A DNA stretch of 64,000 nucleotides from Piromyces finnis finn (Eukaryota; Fungi; Neocallimastigomycota). A program made the position numbers and the translations under genes. Position 1 is the first letter of the stretch. Each line of letters begins with the position of its first letter. The stretch lies in assembly GCA_002104945.1 (NCBI GenBank), contig MCFH01000056.1, positions 124,001-188,000 on the forward strand, written 5' to 3'. The notes below the pieces were generated by a model that worked only from the letters and a program-made list of their open reading frames with translations, did no database searches and was not told the origin of the DNA. Positions 34,249 through 46,600 of this stretch are shown piece by piece.

Positions 34249-36039
34249 TCAATTTCTTTCATTAAATTTCTTGAATAATTCTTCACAATTGAGATTTTTT
34301 TCAGGTTCCCATGAAGCCTTGTTGAGAGAGTATCCTTTCCATTTTATCAAATATTGTGTTTTTCCGTAATGTTTCCTTTTATCCAGAATTTCTTCAACTT
34401 CATATTCTTCTTCGTTGTCAACAATGATGGGTGGCGGTGGAGGTTGTGATCTTTCGAATTTATCCTTGAAATATGGTTCGAGATTGGAGACGTGGACAAC
34501 AGGATGTATCTTTATTGACTTCGGAAGGTTAAGTTTAAATGAAACATCAGAGATTTTCTTTGAAATTTTAAATGGACAGAGTTTTCTTGGTTTGAATTTT
34601 TTGTTTCCTTTGTGGATAATTAAAGAACAATCTAACCAAACCATATCTCCAACCATGAATTTTGGTGCGTCTTTCCTGAGTTTATCAGCATACTTTTTTT
34701 GGGACTCGATAGCAGCTTTTAAGTTTTCTTTAAGAGTATTAATCAAGGACTTAAAATCTTTTGTATATTCTTCTGCTCTTGTGACATTTGACTGATCTGG
34801 GATAGTTGGTGAATGTCTTGGATGGAAACCTGTAAAGATATCAAACGCCTCTGTTTGATATCTTTAATGTAACTTAAGCCACAAGTATTATTGTTTAAGT
34901 TACACAAATTATATTCAGAAAAAGAAAATGAGACATAATTTATTTATTAATAATTAAAGTTTAAAACAAAATAAATTATTAATTTATTTTTAATGTTTAA
35001 CAAGTAAATTAATATTCTCAATTTATATCCCTAGTTTTAGTATTGTTTTTTTTATAGAAATAGATAAATAATAAATGATTAATATATCAATAATACATGG
35101 GCACATATTCAAATTAAATAGTACTTAATTTGAATTGCCAATTGTATTTTACTAAAAATAGTTATAGTTTAAATATTTATTAATAATTAAGATTTTAGTG
35201 TAGATTTTAAATAATAATATATAAGAAATAAATAGTTATAATATAATATAAATGTATTTAGGAAAAATATAAATAGAAGATATTTTTCATCATTTTATCG
35301 ATGTAATTGTTATTAATATAATTTCTATTATAATAAAAGATATTTTTTTAACAAAACAATTTTATATAAATCTTTAGTGTTATTGTAATAGAATAGATAT
35401 CCTAATCTATTCTTTTGTGTCGCCATTACAAAACCGTAGTTTGCAAAGAATGGTGAAATTTTTGATGATTCTTGAACTGAATTATTATAACTGAATTCAG
35501 CAAGACTAAGAAAATTTTTCCAATCGGACCCTTTATAGTTTGAGAACCTTTGAGAAGGTGACGCCAAGTTTCCAAAGCTGCGACAATAGCTAATAGTTCT
35601 TTGTCGTAAATAGGATAATTTCGTTCAGGACCAGTAAGTGAACGGGAAAAGAAAGCAACTGGATGAGTCATATTATCACTGGGAGAAACTTGAGAGAGGA
35701 TTGTTCCTATAGCAAAATTACTTGAGTCGGTCTCGACAATAAATGATAGATCTCGATTAGGAAAAATAAGAACAGGAGCAGAGACAAATAGCGACTTAAG
35801 GGTGTCAAAAGCGACTTGTGCTTCATTGGTCCATAAAAATTTAACATTTTTCTTTAAGAGTTTATGTAATGGATGAGCAATTTTTGCGAAGTTTGGAATA
35901 AATCGTCTATAATAATTAGCGAGATCAAGAAAAGATTGGACTTCTTTAACATTGGAGGGTGTAGGCCAATTTAAAATAGAAGAAACTTTGTTAATATCCA
36001 TATGGATACCATCGGCGGAAATTCTATGACCTAAGAAAT
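34249..36039 (-). pseudogene. pol: Chromoviral gypsy C pol remnant (RT end, RH, internally deleted IN, chromodomain)
   Basis: [35 protein letters not shown]|HP split by a solo LTR, EYEVEEILDKR..YLIKWKGY..ASWEP; most of IN missing near 35550. Confidence 0.88.
34831..35430 (+). mobile_element. Family A solo LTR (opposite orientation)
   Basis: TGTAAAGATATC...CCATTACA; TSD AAACC at 34826-34830 and 35431-35435. Confidence 0.95.
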
Positions 36040-36666
36040 TGTAATGTTGACATTAAATGAATAGATTAGGATATCTATTCTATTACAATAACACTAAAAT
36101 TAAAATAAAAATAAAAATTGTTTTATTAAAAAATATCTTTTATTATAATAGAAATTTTATTAATAACAATTACATTGATAAAATGATGAAAAATATCTTC
36201 TATTTATATTTTTCCTAAATACATTTATATTATATTATAACTATTTATTTAAAATATATTATTATTTAAAACCTACACTAAAATCTTAATTATTAATAAA
36301 ATATTTAAACTATAACTATTTTAGTAAAATTAAATAGGCAATTCAAATCAAATACTATTTAATTTGAATATGTGCCCATGTATTATTGATATATTAATCA
36401 TTTATTATTTATATATTAATCATATACTATTCATCTTTTTCTATGAAAAACAATACTAAAACTAGGGATTTAAATTGAGACTATTAATTTACTTGTTAAA
36501 CATTAAAAATAAATTAATAATTTATTTTGTTTTAAACTTTAATTATTAATAAATAAATTATGACTCATTTTCTTTTTCTGTAATATAAATTGTGTAACTT
36601 AAACAATAATACTTGTGGCTTAAGTTATATTAAAGATATCAAGTTGAGGCGTTTGATATCTTTACA
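36040..36666 (-). mobile_element. Family A LTR without matching TSD (rearrangement junction)
   Basis: Family A sequence; flanks GAAAT and GCCTC differ. Confidence 0.9.
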
Positions 36667-37235
36667 GCCTCCTAAACTACGATGCTTTTGTCAGTAAATT
36701 AAAAACCTTCTATGGAAACAATGATGAAGTTTTCTTTGCTAACCAAATGCTTAAGAGGGTTATACAGAAGAATATCGGCCGTGCCAACGATTACATTATG
36801 GAATTCAATAAATATGCAGATGTTTCCTCTTGGAATGAAGAAGCCAAGATGGATGCTTTTTTGTCAGGTTTGGTCGACCAAGTTGCTTAACGTATTATTG
36901 AAATGTTTCCCGGACCAAAGAATCTTTCTTCTATGCAAACTATTGCTTCTAGGATTGATTCAAGACTCGCTGTTAACAAAAAATTCTTTGGTCATAGCAA
37001 TTCCGAAAACTATAAATCTAGAAGAAATAATAATTTCCCGAAGAAAAACAATAATAATTCTAATAAAAATAAGTTTCATGGACCTTTAAGCAAAGCCGAA
37101 AAGGACAGAAGAAGAAAAAATAACTTATGTATGTACTGTGGCTCTTCCGACCATTCACTTGATAATTGTCCTTTAAAGCAAAAGAAGGATAAATCTTCGA
37201 ATACTTCCTTTATGTCCATTCCAACTAAAAAATAA
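36667..37235 (+). pseudogene. gag: Chromoviral gag C-terminal fragment in inverted orientation
   Basis: LLNYDAFVSKLKTFYG...EEAKMDAFLSGL...[14 protein letters not shown], with one internal stop; homologous to A gag. Confidence 0.85.
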
Positions 37236-37745
37236 TTTAAAAATATATGCCAAATTATATAGTGTTAGACCACCAAATATATAATTTGTTATAAACTAAT
37301 ATCTAAGAGTTCCTTTAGCTCTTTTACGATAAAGTAGGTAAAGTCGAATGTTAATATCTTTCGATAATAGGAAGTAATATTGTTTAATTCTTTATAATGG
37401 CTAACTCTTGTTAGTATGAAAGAATTGAACAAATTAGTTTCCCCGTGTTTCAACTATACCTAAACGCAAAAGTATTATGGTATCAAAGTCTAACTTTTGA
37501 CGCGTAGGAAGTCAATATTAGTTTATTATATAATATTTTTAAAATATTATTGAGTAAATCTAATTTTCAAGAAAACTTGAAAAATAAAGTGTTTTATTAA
37601 AACTTCGTTCCAAAAAATAAAAATAATTTAAAATTTATTATAAAATAATTATAGTTTATATTTTTATAAAATAACTTTGAGCGCCTCCTCCACAACTCAA
37701 GTGTTGTTACTAGCTATACTCTGTTTTTTATAATAAATTTTAACT

Positions 37746-38456
37746 TGTAAAAGATTAATCTTAAAACAGATTATATATTTAACAATAAAACAATTAAACA
37801 CACGATAAAATAAAAATAGGAGTTTCTTTTTAAAAATTATCTTCCTTATTAATGGTTAGAAATAAAATAACAATTACATCGATTCAATTGATAAAATTTA
37901 CATGTATTTATATTTTTTCATAATTATATTCTAATATATTATTCTATTTAAATAAACATATATTTAATCTAAAATAAACAAAACTAATCTAATTAAACAA
38001 TAAAATAATAAAACTAAACTAAAACTAATTCATTATACTTTTAATTCAATTTGAGTAAACTCAAAATTGAATAAAGCTCATGTATTATCTATAAATTAAT
38101 TTAATATTATCAATACTATTCTTAATATATTTCCTATTGAAATATAAACACATCTATTTTTAAAGCTCAGTTAAAATTATTAAACTATTCTAAATTTAAA
38201 TAAGAAAGCATAATCTATTCTAAAATTAAATAAAAAGTATTTAAAGTTATTATGAATATTTAAAATATTTGAAATATTTAAATTTAATTAAGATTCTTTT
38301 GTTCCTTAAATTTAAATATTTATCTTTATTTAATTTTGACGGAATTATTATAAAATAATTTATTATTAAATTATTCCATTGAATATTAAAAATTTCATAG
38401 TTAATTTTAATAAATATTAATTTATTATTTAATAGTTTATAAAAATCATAATTACA
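37746..38456 (-). mobile_element. Family E LTR copy 1 (right end uncertain)
   Basis: Closely similar to 40057-40799 over ~650 bp; no TSD found. Confidence 0.75.
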
Positions 38457-39598
38457 AAAATTAATTAATTAATATTAATAAAATAGCCATGTGAATTAAT
38501 TATGTAAAAATTGTAACTTTGAGAAATTAGTATAAATAGAGTAGTTTAGTTAAATGTTGATCAGTAGTAAGATTATTAATTTTAATTAGATAAATTAATA
38601 ATAGTAAAGATTAATAAATTACATTAGATTTCCCTTGTAACTAATTTTATAAATAAAAGTTGGTTTAAACTTAATTTTATTTTAATGAAATTTGAAATTA
38701 AAGTGTCATTTTAGTTAATAAATCCATTGCATATAATTTCATCCAATAACCGGATAATTAAGGAAATTAGTTTCTATTATTATTAGTTTATAACCATTCC
38801 CGACCTAGTTAATTAATCCAAACCTAACCCGAATCTGCGTGATTTAACACAACACTAAACTAACAATTAAACTAATTATTTTTAATAATAATTTTTATTT
38901 ATTTATTTATTTATTTTTAAAACTATACTAACTAAACAACCGTTGATTACTTTACCGTGAAGGATATTTTACCAGAGCCCTCACTAGGTAATCAATATTT
39001 ATTATTAAAAAAAAAAAAACCAACTAAACTAATTATAAACTAATGTTAATTTATCTAAACAAAATTAACCTATACGATTTTCCAACTATCGTTTCAATAG
39101 TTGAAAAATTTTCTTTATTTATACTTTTTAAATAAATTGAATAAATTCTAATATACATGTTTTAATATTATAATTTTACATTGTTTACATTTATACATTT
39201 ATTAAAAGAAATTATTTGTATTAAACTATTTAAATTCAATTTATTTACTAAAGAATTTTCTAAACTTAAAATAAAGTTTTGATTTATTTACTATATGGTT
39301 AATTATATTTCAAACATATATTTAATTTATTTATTTCTAATTTTGAGGCTTAGTTTATAAAAAAATTTTTTATTATCTAAAATATTTATTGGTTAAAAAT
39401 TATTTAATTTAAAATTTTATTTTATCATCAAAAACTTTATCTTATCATAAAATTAAATTTTACATAAATTTATGTTAATGTATTGTGATATAAATTTTAT
39501 GAAAATTTACGGTACATTAATTTAATACATTATACATTATTTTAAATACGTATTAAATACATTATTCTATTAATACAATATTTTACATGCCCCTCTTC

Positions 39599-42500
39599 TT
39601 AAGTCGAGCCCCTGAGCGACTTATGTTTAAGGTATTCCTGGATCATTTGAGGGTCTTCGATTTCATCTTCTCTAAGCCATGTACTTTCAGAAGGTAATAA
39701 ACTTTTCCAAACCATAAAGTAGTACTTAGTTCCATTAACAACTTTTTCACTAACAATCTTCAATGGAATTCTTCCTTCAGTAGAATCAGTAGCAATGTTT
39801 GGAATTCTAGAAGTTGATTCATTCACTTCAACTTCTCTTTCAACATAAGGTTCTAAGTTCGAAATGTGAAAAACGGGATGACATCTTAGACTTTCTGGTA
39901 TTTCCAATTTAAAAGAAACAGGTCCTGTTTTTTCAATGAACTTAAATGGTCCAAGTTTCTTATTTGTTAGTTTTGGAGACCCTTTCGGAAGTAAATCAGG
40001 ACGCTTTAACCAAACTAAGTCACCAACCTTTAACTTAGGTCCAATAAGTCTAATACTGTAAAATATTAATCTTAAAACAGATTATATATTTAACAATAAA
40101 ACAATTAAACACACGATAAAATAAAAATAGGAGTTTCTTTTTAAAAATTATCTTCTTTATTAATGGTTAGAAATAAAATAACAATTACATCGATTCAATT
40201 GATAAAATTAACATGTATTTATATTTTTTCGTAATTATATTCTAATATATTATTCTATTTAAATAAACATATATTTAATCTAAAATAAACAAAACTAATC
40301 TAATTAAATAATAAAATAATAAAACTAAACTAAAACTAATTCATTATACTTTTAATTCAATTTGAGTAAACTCAAAATTGAATAAAGCTCATGTATTATC
40401 TATAAATTAATTAAATATTATTAATACTATTCTTAATATATTTCCTATTGAAATATAAACAAATCTATTTTTAAAGCTCAGTTAAAATTATTAAACTATT
40501 CTAAATTTAAATAAGAAAGCATAATCTATTCTAAAATTAAATAAAAAGTATTTAAAAAATATTTTAATTATTTAAAATATTTAGAATATTTAAATTTAAT
40601 TAAAATTCTTTTATTCCTTAAATTTAAATATTTATCTTAATTTAAATTTAACGGAATTATTATAAAATAATTTATTATTAAATTATTCCATAAAATTTAT
40701 TCAAAAATTTTATAATCAGTTTTACTAAATATTAATTTATTATTTAATAATTAATAATTAATTATTAAATAATCTAAAGATATATATTATATCTTTACAA
40801 ATACAATCGGCGTATTTCTTATATCTTTCCTTGGCTTTTTCCAAGTTCTTCTTTAAAAATTTAATATTATCTTGCATCTGAGAGGCGTGCCTGTTAGCTC
40901 TTCTGTTGTCACTATCAGCAGGAATATCGGTATTAAATCTTGGATTTTGCCCATAATTTGCAAAGAATGGAGTTTGATTTATAGATTGTTGAAGTGTATT
41001 ATTATATGCAAATTCGGCATAAGGCAAAAGATTCATCCAGTTATCTTTTCTTTTGTTAATGTAATATCTAAGAAATTGTTCTAATATACTATTTACACGT
41101 TCAGTCTGTCCGTCTGTTTGAGGATGGTGAGCACTCGAAATATTGTGCTTAATGTTCAACAAAGTGCATAATCTTTGCCAAAATTCAGAAGTAAACTGGG
41201 TTCCTCGATCCGATATTATTTCATCAGGTAGACCATGTAAACGAAAAACTTCTCTAAAGAAAACATCAGCAGCAATTTGAGCAGTCGGAATCATTCTAAA
41301 CGGAATAAAATGAGCCATCTTCGTTAATCTATCCACGACAACCATTATAACTGTTTTTTCCTTTGACTTTGGTAAATCAGTTATAAAATCCATAGAAACA
41401 GAAGACCACGGTCTTTCAGGAGTTGGTAGCGGCTGTAAAAGTTCATAAGGTCTATGACGATCAACCTTAGCAGCTCCACAAACTTTACAAGAAGCAATAA
41501 ACTTAACTATATCTTGAGTCATGTTTATCCAAACAAAGTTTCTTGTAATTAATTCTTTTGTTTTAATGATACCAAAATGACCATGAATTGGATTATCATG
41601 ATGCATTGAGATTATTGTATCTCTCATTTTCTTTGGTACGTAAACTAAACTTTTATACAAAAGAATTCCTTCATCGCTTAACTTAAAATTCTTCATTAAC
41701 TTCTTATACTTCTTACTTGCGGTAGATTTTCCTTGTAGAATATTTATTAACTCCTTAATTTCTTCATCTTCTTTAATTTCTTTAATTAAATCTTCTTTGA
41801 GATTCCCTTGAATAGACACAAGACATAAAGTATCTTCGATTTCTTTAACTGTCAAGCAAGAATAGGCTTCTTCGTCTTCTTTATTACTTTTATCTTCTTC
41901 ATAATCAGGACGTCTTGAAAAAGCATAAGGTTTTCCACCTTCTTTACCCGGTCTATATTGTATTTTGAAATCATAACGGGTCAAAAACAAATTCCAGCGA
42001 ATTTGTCTTTGCGACAATAGTTCAGGCTTCCTAGGAAAGGTAAGATTTTTATGATCCGTATAGATCATAAATTGATGCTTGGCTCCTTCTAAGTAGTGTC
42101 TCCATTGTTTCAAAGCTTCAATAACAGCCAAAAGTTCTTTATCATAGATTGGATAGTTCTTTTCCGATTTAGTCAATCCTCTTGAATAATAGCAAATTGG
42201 ATGAAGCTCATTATTATTCGGTAACCTTTGAGACAATACGGCACCGATTGCAAAATTACTTGCATCTGTCTCAACCACAAAAGGTAATTCAGGATCGGCA
42301 TAAATTAAAATTGGTTCCTCGGTAAAGAATTTCTTTAAAGTACAAAAAGCTTCATTACATTCTTCTGACCAATGAAATTTAACATCTTTCTTTGTTAGAT
42401 TATGTAACGGTTTAGCAATACTAGCAAAGTTTGGAATAAATCTTCTATAATAATTACATAATCCGATAAATGATTGCACTTCTTTAACAGATGCTGGTAC

Positions 42501-44914
42501 AGGCCATTCCATAATAGCTTTAACCTTCTTTGGATCCATAGAGATTCCTTTATCTGAGATAACATGCCCTAAGAAAGTAGTTTCTGAAGTTTCAAATTCG
42601 CATTTACTCAGTTTTGCATACAATCCATTTTCTTTTAATCTTTGAAGAACCTTCTTTACATGCTTTCGATGTTCTTCTAAGTTTTTTGAATAGATAAGAA
42701 TATCATCAATATAAGAAAAAGCGAATTCATCCAAGTATTCTCCGAGAACATCATTGATAAAATGTTGGAAAGTTGCAGGAGCGTTCTTTAATCCAAACGG
42801 CATGACAAGATATTCAAAGTGACCAAATCTTGTCCTAAATGCAGTTTTATATTCATCACCTTAATTTATTCGAACTAGATTATAAGCAGACTTGAGATCA
42901 AGTTTAGTAAAGACTTTGGCTTCCCTTAATCTATCGAATAATTCTGATATGAGAGGCAACGGATATGAATCTCTGATTGTGTTTTCATTGAGTCTTCGGT
43001 AGTCAACACACAATCTTAAAGTCCCATCCTTTTTCCTAACGAGCAATACAGGTGCTCCAGCAGGTGAAGTAGACGGTCTTATAAATCCTTTTTATAAGTT
43101 TTCAGAAATATACTCCTTTAACGTATTCCTTTCTTCTTCTGTCAAAGGGTATAACGGACCATAAAATAAGTTGTCTTTATCCTTCAATCTTATTTTACAA
43201 TCGTATATTCGATGTGGAGGTAGTTCATTACACTCAACTTCATCAAATACACTTTCAAATTCCTTATATACATCAGGAATTTCTACAACACTTTCTTCAA
43301 CATCTTCACCTTTATTTCCTTCATTTGAAATAACACTACATACAATATACTTTTGAACATTCCTTTTATTTAATTTTAAGTTTTTACTACATTTCTTTTT
43401 AATACATGTATTTTTAGTTTTATCTATGATTTTTCTATTTTCTTTATTTTTAATTTCACTATCTCTAATTTTTAAACTGTTTTTGTAGTTGCTGAGTATT
43501 TCTTGTACAAGTTCCTTTTCTTTTCTCCTTTCTTCTTCTTTTGCCAATTACTCTTTTTGACTTCTTCTTTTCATGTCTTCTGGAGTAGCACAGCAATTCA
43601 AGGAACAGAATTCGGATTTGAATTCAAGAGTTTGATCCTTAAAGCTAATTGTAGGATCATGTTTTCTTAACCAGTTCTTACCAAGAATAACAGAAATACC
43701 AGAAGGAAGATCGGTAAGGTAGAATTGGATAGATTCTTTATGATTCTTGATATTCATGATCAAAGGAATTGTTTCATACTTCAAGAATCCATTACCACCT
43801 ATACCTTCAACATATTTATCCTTAAACATTCTTTGGAATGGAATCTTGTACTTATCAATAGCCTTCCAATCCAAAAAGTCTAAGTCCGAACCAGAATCCA
43901 CAAGAGCCTTAAGATAAACACCACTATTGACTTGTAGCACGATGTCATAAACATTCAACATCCTTCTTCCAGCGGTAGTAGCCATAAATGCTTTTGATCG
44001 TTTTATTATTTTGTCCTTAAGTTGAGGACAATCTTTCTTCAAGTGTCCAGTCCTTTTGCAGAAGAAACATTTTCTTGGTTTAGCTGAGGTAGTGGGGCTT
44101 TCTTGGTCTACATAATTTCTATATTTTACACCATAAGAGAGGTACCTTGTTCCTAAGTCTCTGTTATATCTTCGGTTCTTCTTTCCGTCGACATCCATAG
44201 GATCCTTTCCGAAGACTTTCCATTCTACTTCTACATTGGCAGCAACGACATTAATTAACTCAGTTAACTTCCTAATTTTTGGGTAAAGGAGCTTAGCTTT
44301 TTCCTTGACTGAAGTTGGTAAACCTTCCATAAAGAAATGGATTTTCGCTTTATCGTTAAAAGACGAGTCTCTAGCCATCTTTTTAAATTCTTCGCAGTAG
44401 TCCATGACGTTCTTGAATTGACTTGACTTCAATTTTGCAAGTCGACTATTGGCTACATCGGCACTGTTGCAAGTTTTGTAGCGAGCATTCATTGCCTCGA
44501 TAAAGTCTTCGTAAGAGTTCAACAGGGGCTTTCTTCTCTTTCTAAGTCGGCAAACCATTCGGCGGCGGTTCCTTCCAGGTAGCATCCCAAGATATCCAGC
44601 TTGTAAGCGTCGGTAGCATCTTCTTCCAAGTTATATTTGAAGTATTTCTCCAATCTTGCCAGGAAGTAAAGAAGTTCACTTCTTTTTCCCGAAAATCTTG
44701 GAGGTTTTGGGATGAGTTTTCCCCTGGTGTTAACGCTTTTACCAGTCTCATCCTCAATATCCATCATGGAACTCGCCTCAGAGCCTGCGTCACTGACTCC
44801 AGCTATTCCATCGTCACGGTTGTCTAACATTCTATATCTAGTACTCATATTACTACTTAATAAACAACAAATAGTCAACCAATATTTAATATCCCAATTA
44901 TTTATACTATTCAA
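39599..44914 (-). pseudogene. gag-pol: F gag-pol, once a single ORF (1-nt deletion near 44525; in-frame stops at 43548, 43092, 42861; solo LTR insertion)
   Basis: CFFCKRTGHLKKDC; LVDSGS; YIDDILIYS; ETDASNFAIG; HPQTDGQTERVN; chromodomain-like C-terminus. Reading frame continues across each stop. Confidence 0.9.
40057..40799 (-). mobile_element. Family E solo LTR (743 bp) inserted in the F integrase
   Basis: TGTAAAA...CTTTACA; TSD AATAC at 40052-40056 and 40800-40804; removing it restores YADCIRLIGPKLKVGDLVWL. Confidence 0.93.
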
Positions 44915-45920
44915 CTTGACTATTCCTAATTAATTTATTCCTATATTAAATAAATAATTTAACAACCTTATTATTATACTATACTAACCTTTTTATTATT
45001 TACTACTACTAAACTAACAACTAGTTTTTAACCAAACTAATATATTTTTATTATTACTATTTATTAATTTTTAACTATTAACTATTTTAACAACAAACGA
45101 TTCTATACCAAATAATTTTAAAATACCCCGAAATTAACTAAAATTAATTTCTAACAACAAAATTTTTTTTTTTCAATCCCCGAATTTAATTCTATTATTA
45201 AATTCTCACTATAATTAATAAATTTTTTTTTTTAATATTATTTTCTATTACTATTCGTATACAAAGGTGAACTTTCTATTCTAATAATGAAACAATAGTT
45301 GGAAAATTGTAAAATATTCTAAAACTCAGGTTTGTATACAACACTAAACTAACAATTAAACTAATTATTTTTAATAATAATTTTTATTTATTTATTTATT
45401 TTTAAAACTATACTAACTAAACAACCGTTGATTACTTTACCGTGAAGGATATTTTACCAGAGCCCTCACTAGGTAATCAATATTTATTATTAAAAAAAAA
45501 AAACAACTAAACTAATTATAAACTAATGTTAATTTATCTAAACAAAATTAACCTATACGATTTTCCAACTATCGTTTCAATAGTTGAAAAATTTTCTTTA
45601 TTTATACTTTTTAAATAAATTGAATAAATTCTAATATACATGTTTTAATATTATAATTTTACATTGTTTACATTTATACATTTATTAAAAGAAATTATTT
45701 GTATTAAACTATTTAAATTCAATTTATTTACTAAAGAATTTTCTAAACTTAAAATAAAGTTTTGATTTATTTACTATATGGTTAATTATATTTCAAACAT
45801 ATATTTAATTTATTTATTTCTAGTTTTGAGGCTTAGTTTATAAAAAAAATTTTTTATTATCTAAAATATTTATTGGTTAAAAATTATTTAATTTAAAATT
45901 TTATTTTATCATCACAATAC

Positions 45921-46600
45921 AAAAATTTATATCACAATACATTAACATAAATTTATGTAAAATTTAATTTTATGATAAGATAAAGTTTTTGATGATAAAA
46001 TAAAATTTTAAATTAAATAATTTTTAACCAATAAATATTTTAGATAATAAAAAATTTTTTTATAAACTAAGCCTCAAAATTAGAAATAAATAAATTAAAT
46101 ATATGTTTGAAATATAATTAACCATATAGTAAATAAATCAAAACTTTATTTTAAGTTTAGAAAATTCTTTAGTAAATAAATTGAATTTAAATAGTTTAAT
46201 ACAAATAATTTCTTTTAATAAATGTATAAATGTAAACAATGTAAAATTATAATATTAAAACATGTATATTAGAATTTATTCAATTTATTTAAAAAGTATA
46301 AATAAAGAAAATTTTTCAACTATTGAAACGATAGTTGGAAAATCGTATAGGTTAATTTTGTTTAGATAAATTAACATTAGTTTATAATTAGTTTAGTTGG
46401 TTTTTTTTTTTTAATAATAAATATTGATTACCTAGTGAGGGCTCTGGTAAAATATCCTTCACGGTAAAGTAATCAACGGTTGTTTAGTTAGTATAGTTTT
46501 AAAAATAAATAAATAAATAAATAAAAATTATTATTAAAAATAATTAGTTTAATTGTTAGTTTAGTGTTGTATACAAACCTGAACTTTAGAATATTTTACA
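45921..46600 (+). mobile_element. Inverted F-family LTR, head-to-head with the F 5' LTR
   Basis: Reverse complement of 45308-45914 plus ~70 bp more U3; ends AATATTTTACA; no PBS follows. Confidence 0.9.

Larger units (their letters stand above)
38850..45914 (-). mobile_element. Decayed chromoviral gypsy element F
   Basis: 3' LTR 38850-39587 (U5 tip missing) after PPT AAGAAGAGGGG; 5' LTR 45308-45914 (U3 truncated); LTR termini TGTAAAATATT/AATATTTTACA. Confidence 0.85.

Noticed and set aside
37478-37488. TGGTATCAAAG as a tRNA-Met PBS
   Set aside because: Not preceded by an LTR ..CA end and no gag follows.
39599-44914. RIP as the cause of element decay
   Set aside because: The nonsense lesions in F look like G/A-to-T transversions, and multi-copy A elements are intact with near-identical LTRs; no dense C-to-T pattern is visible.
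45915-46600. Simple fold-back duplication of the F 5' LTR
   Set aside because: The inverted copy contains U3 sequence missing from the 5' LTR and has 3'-LTR-type variants.
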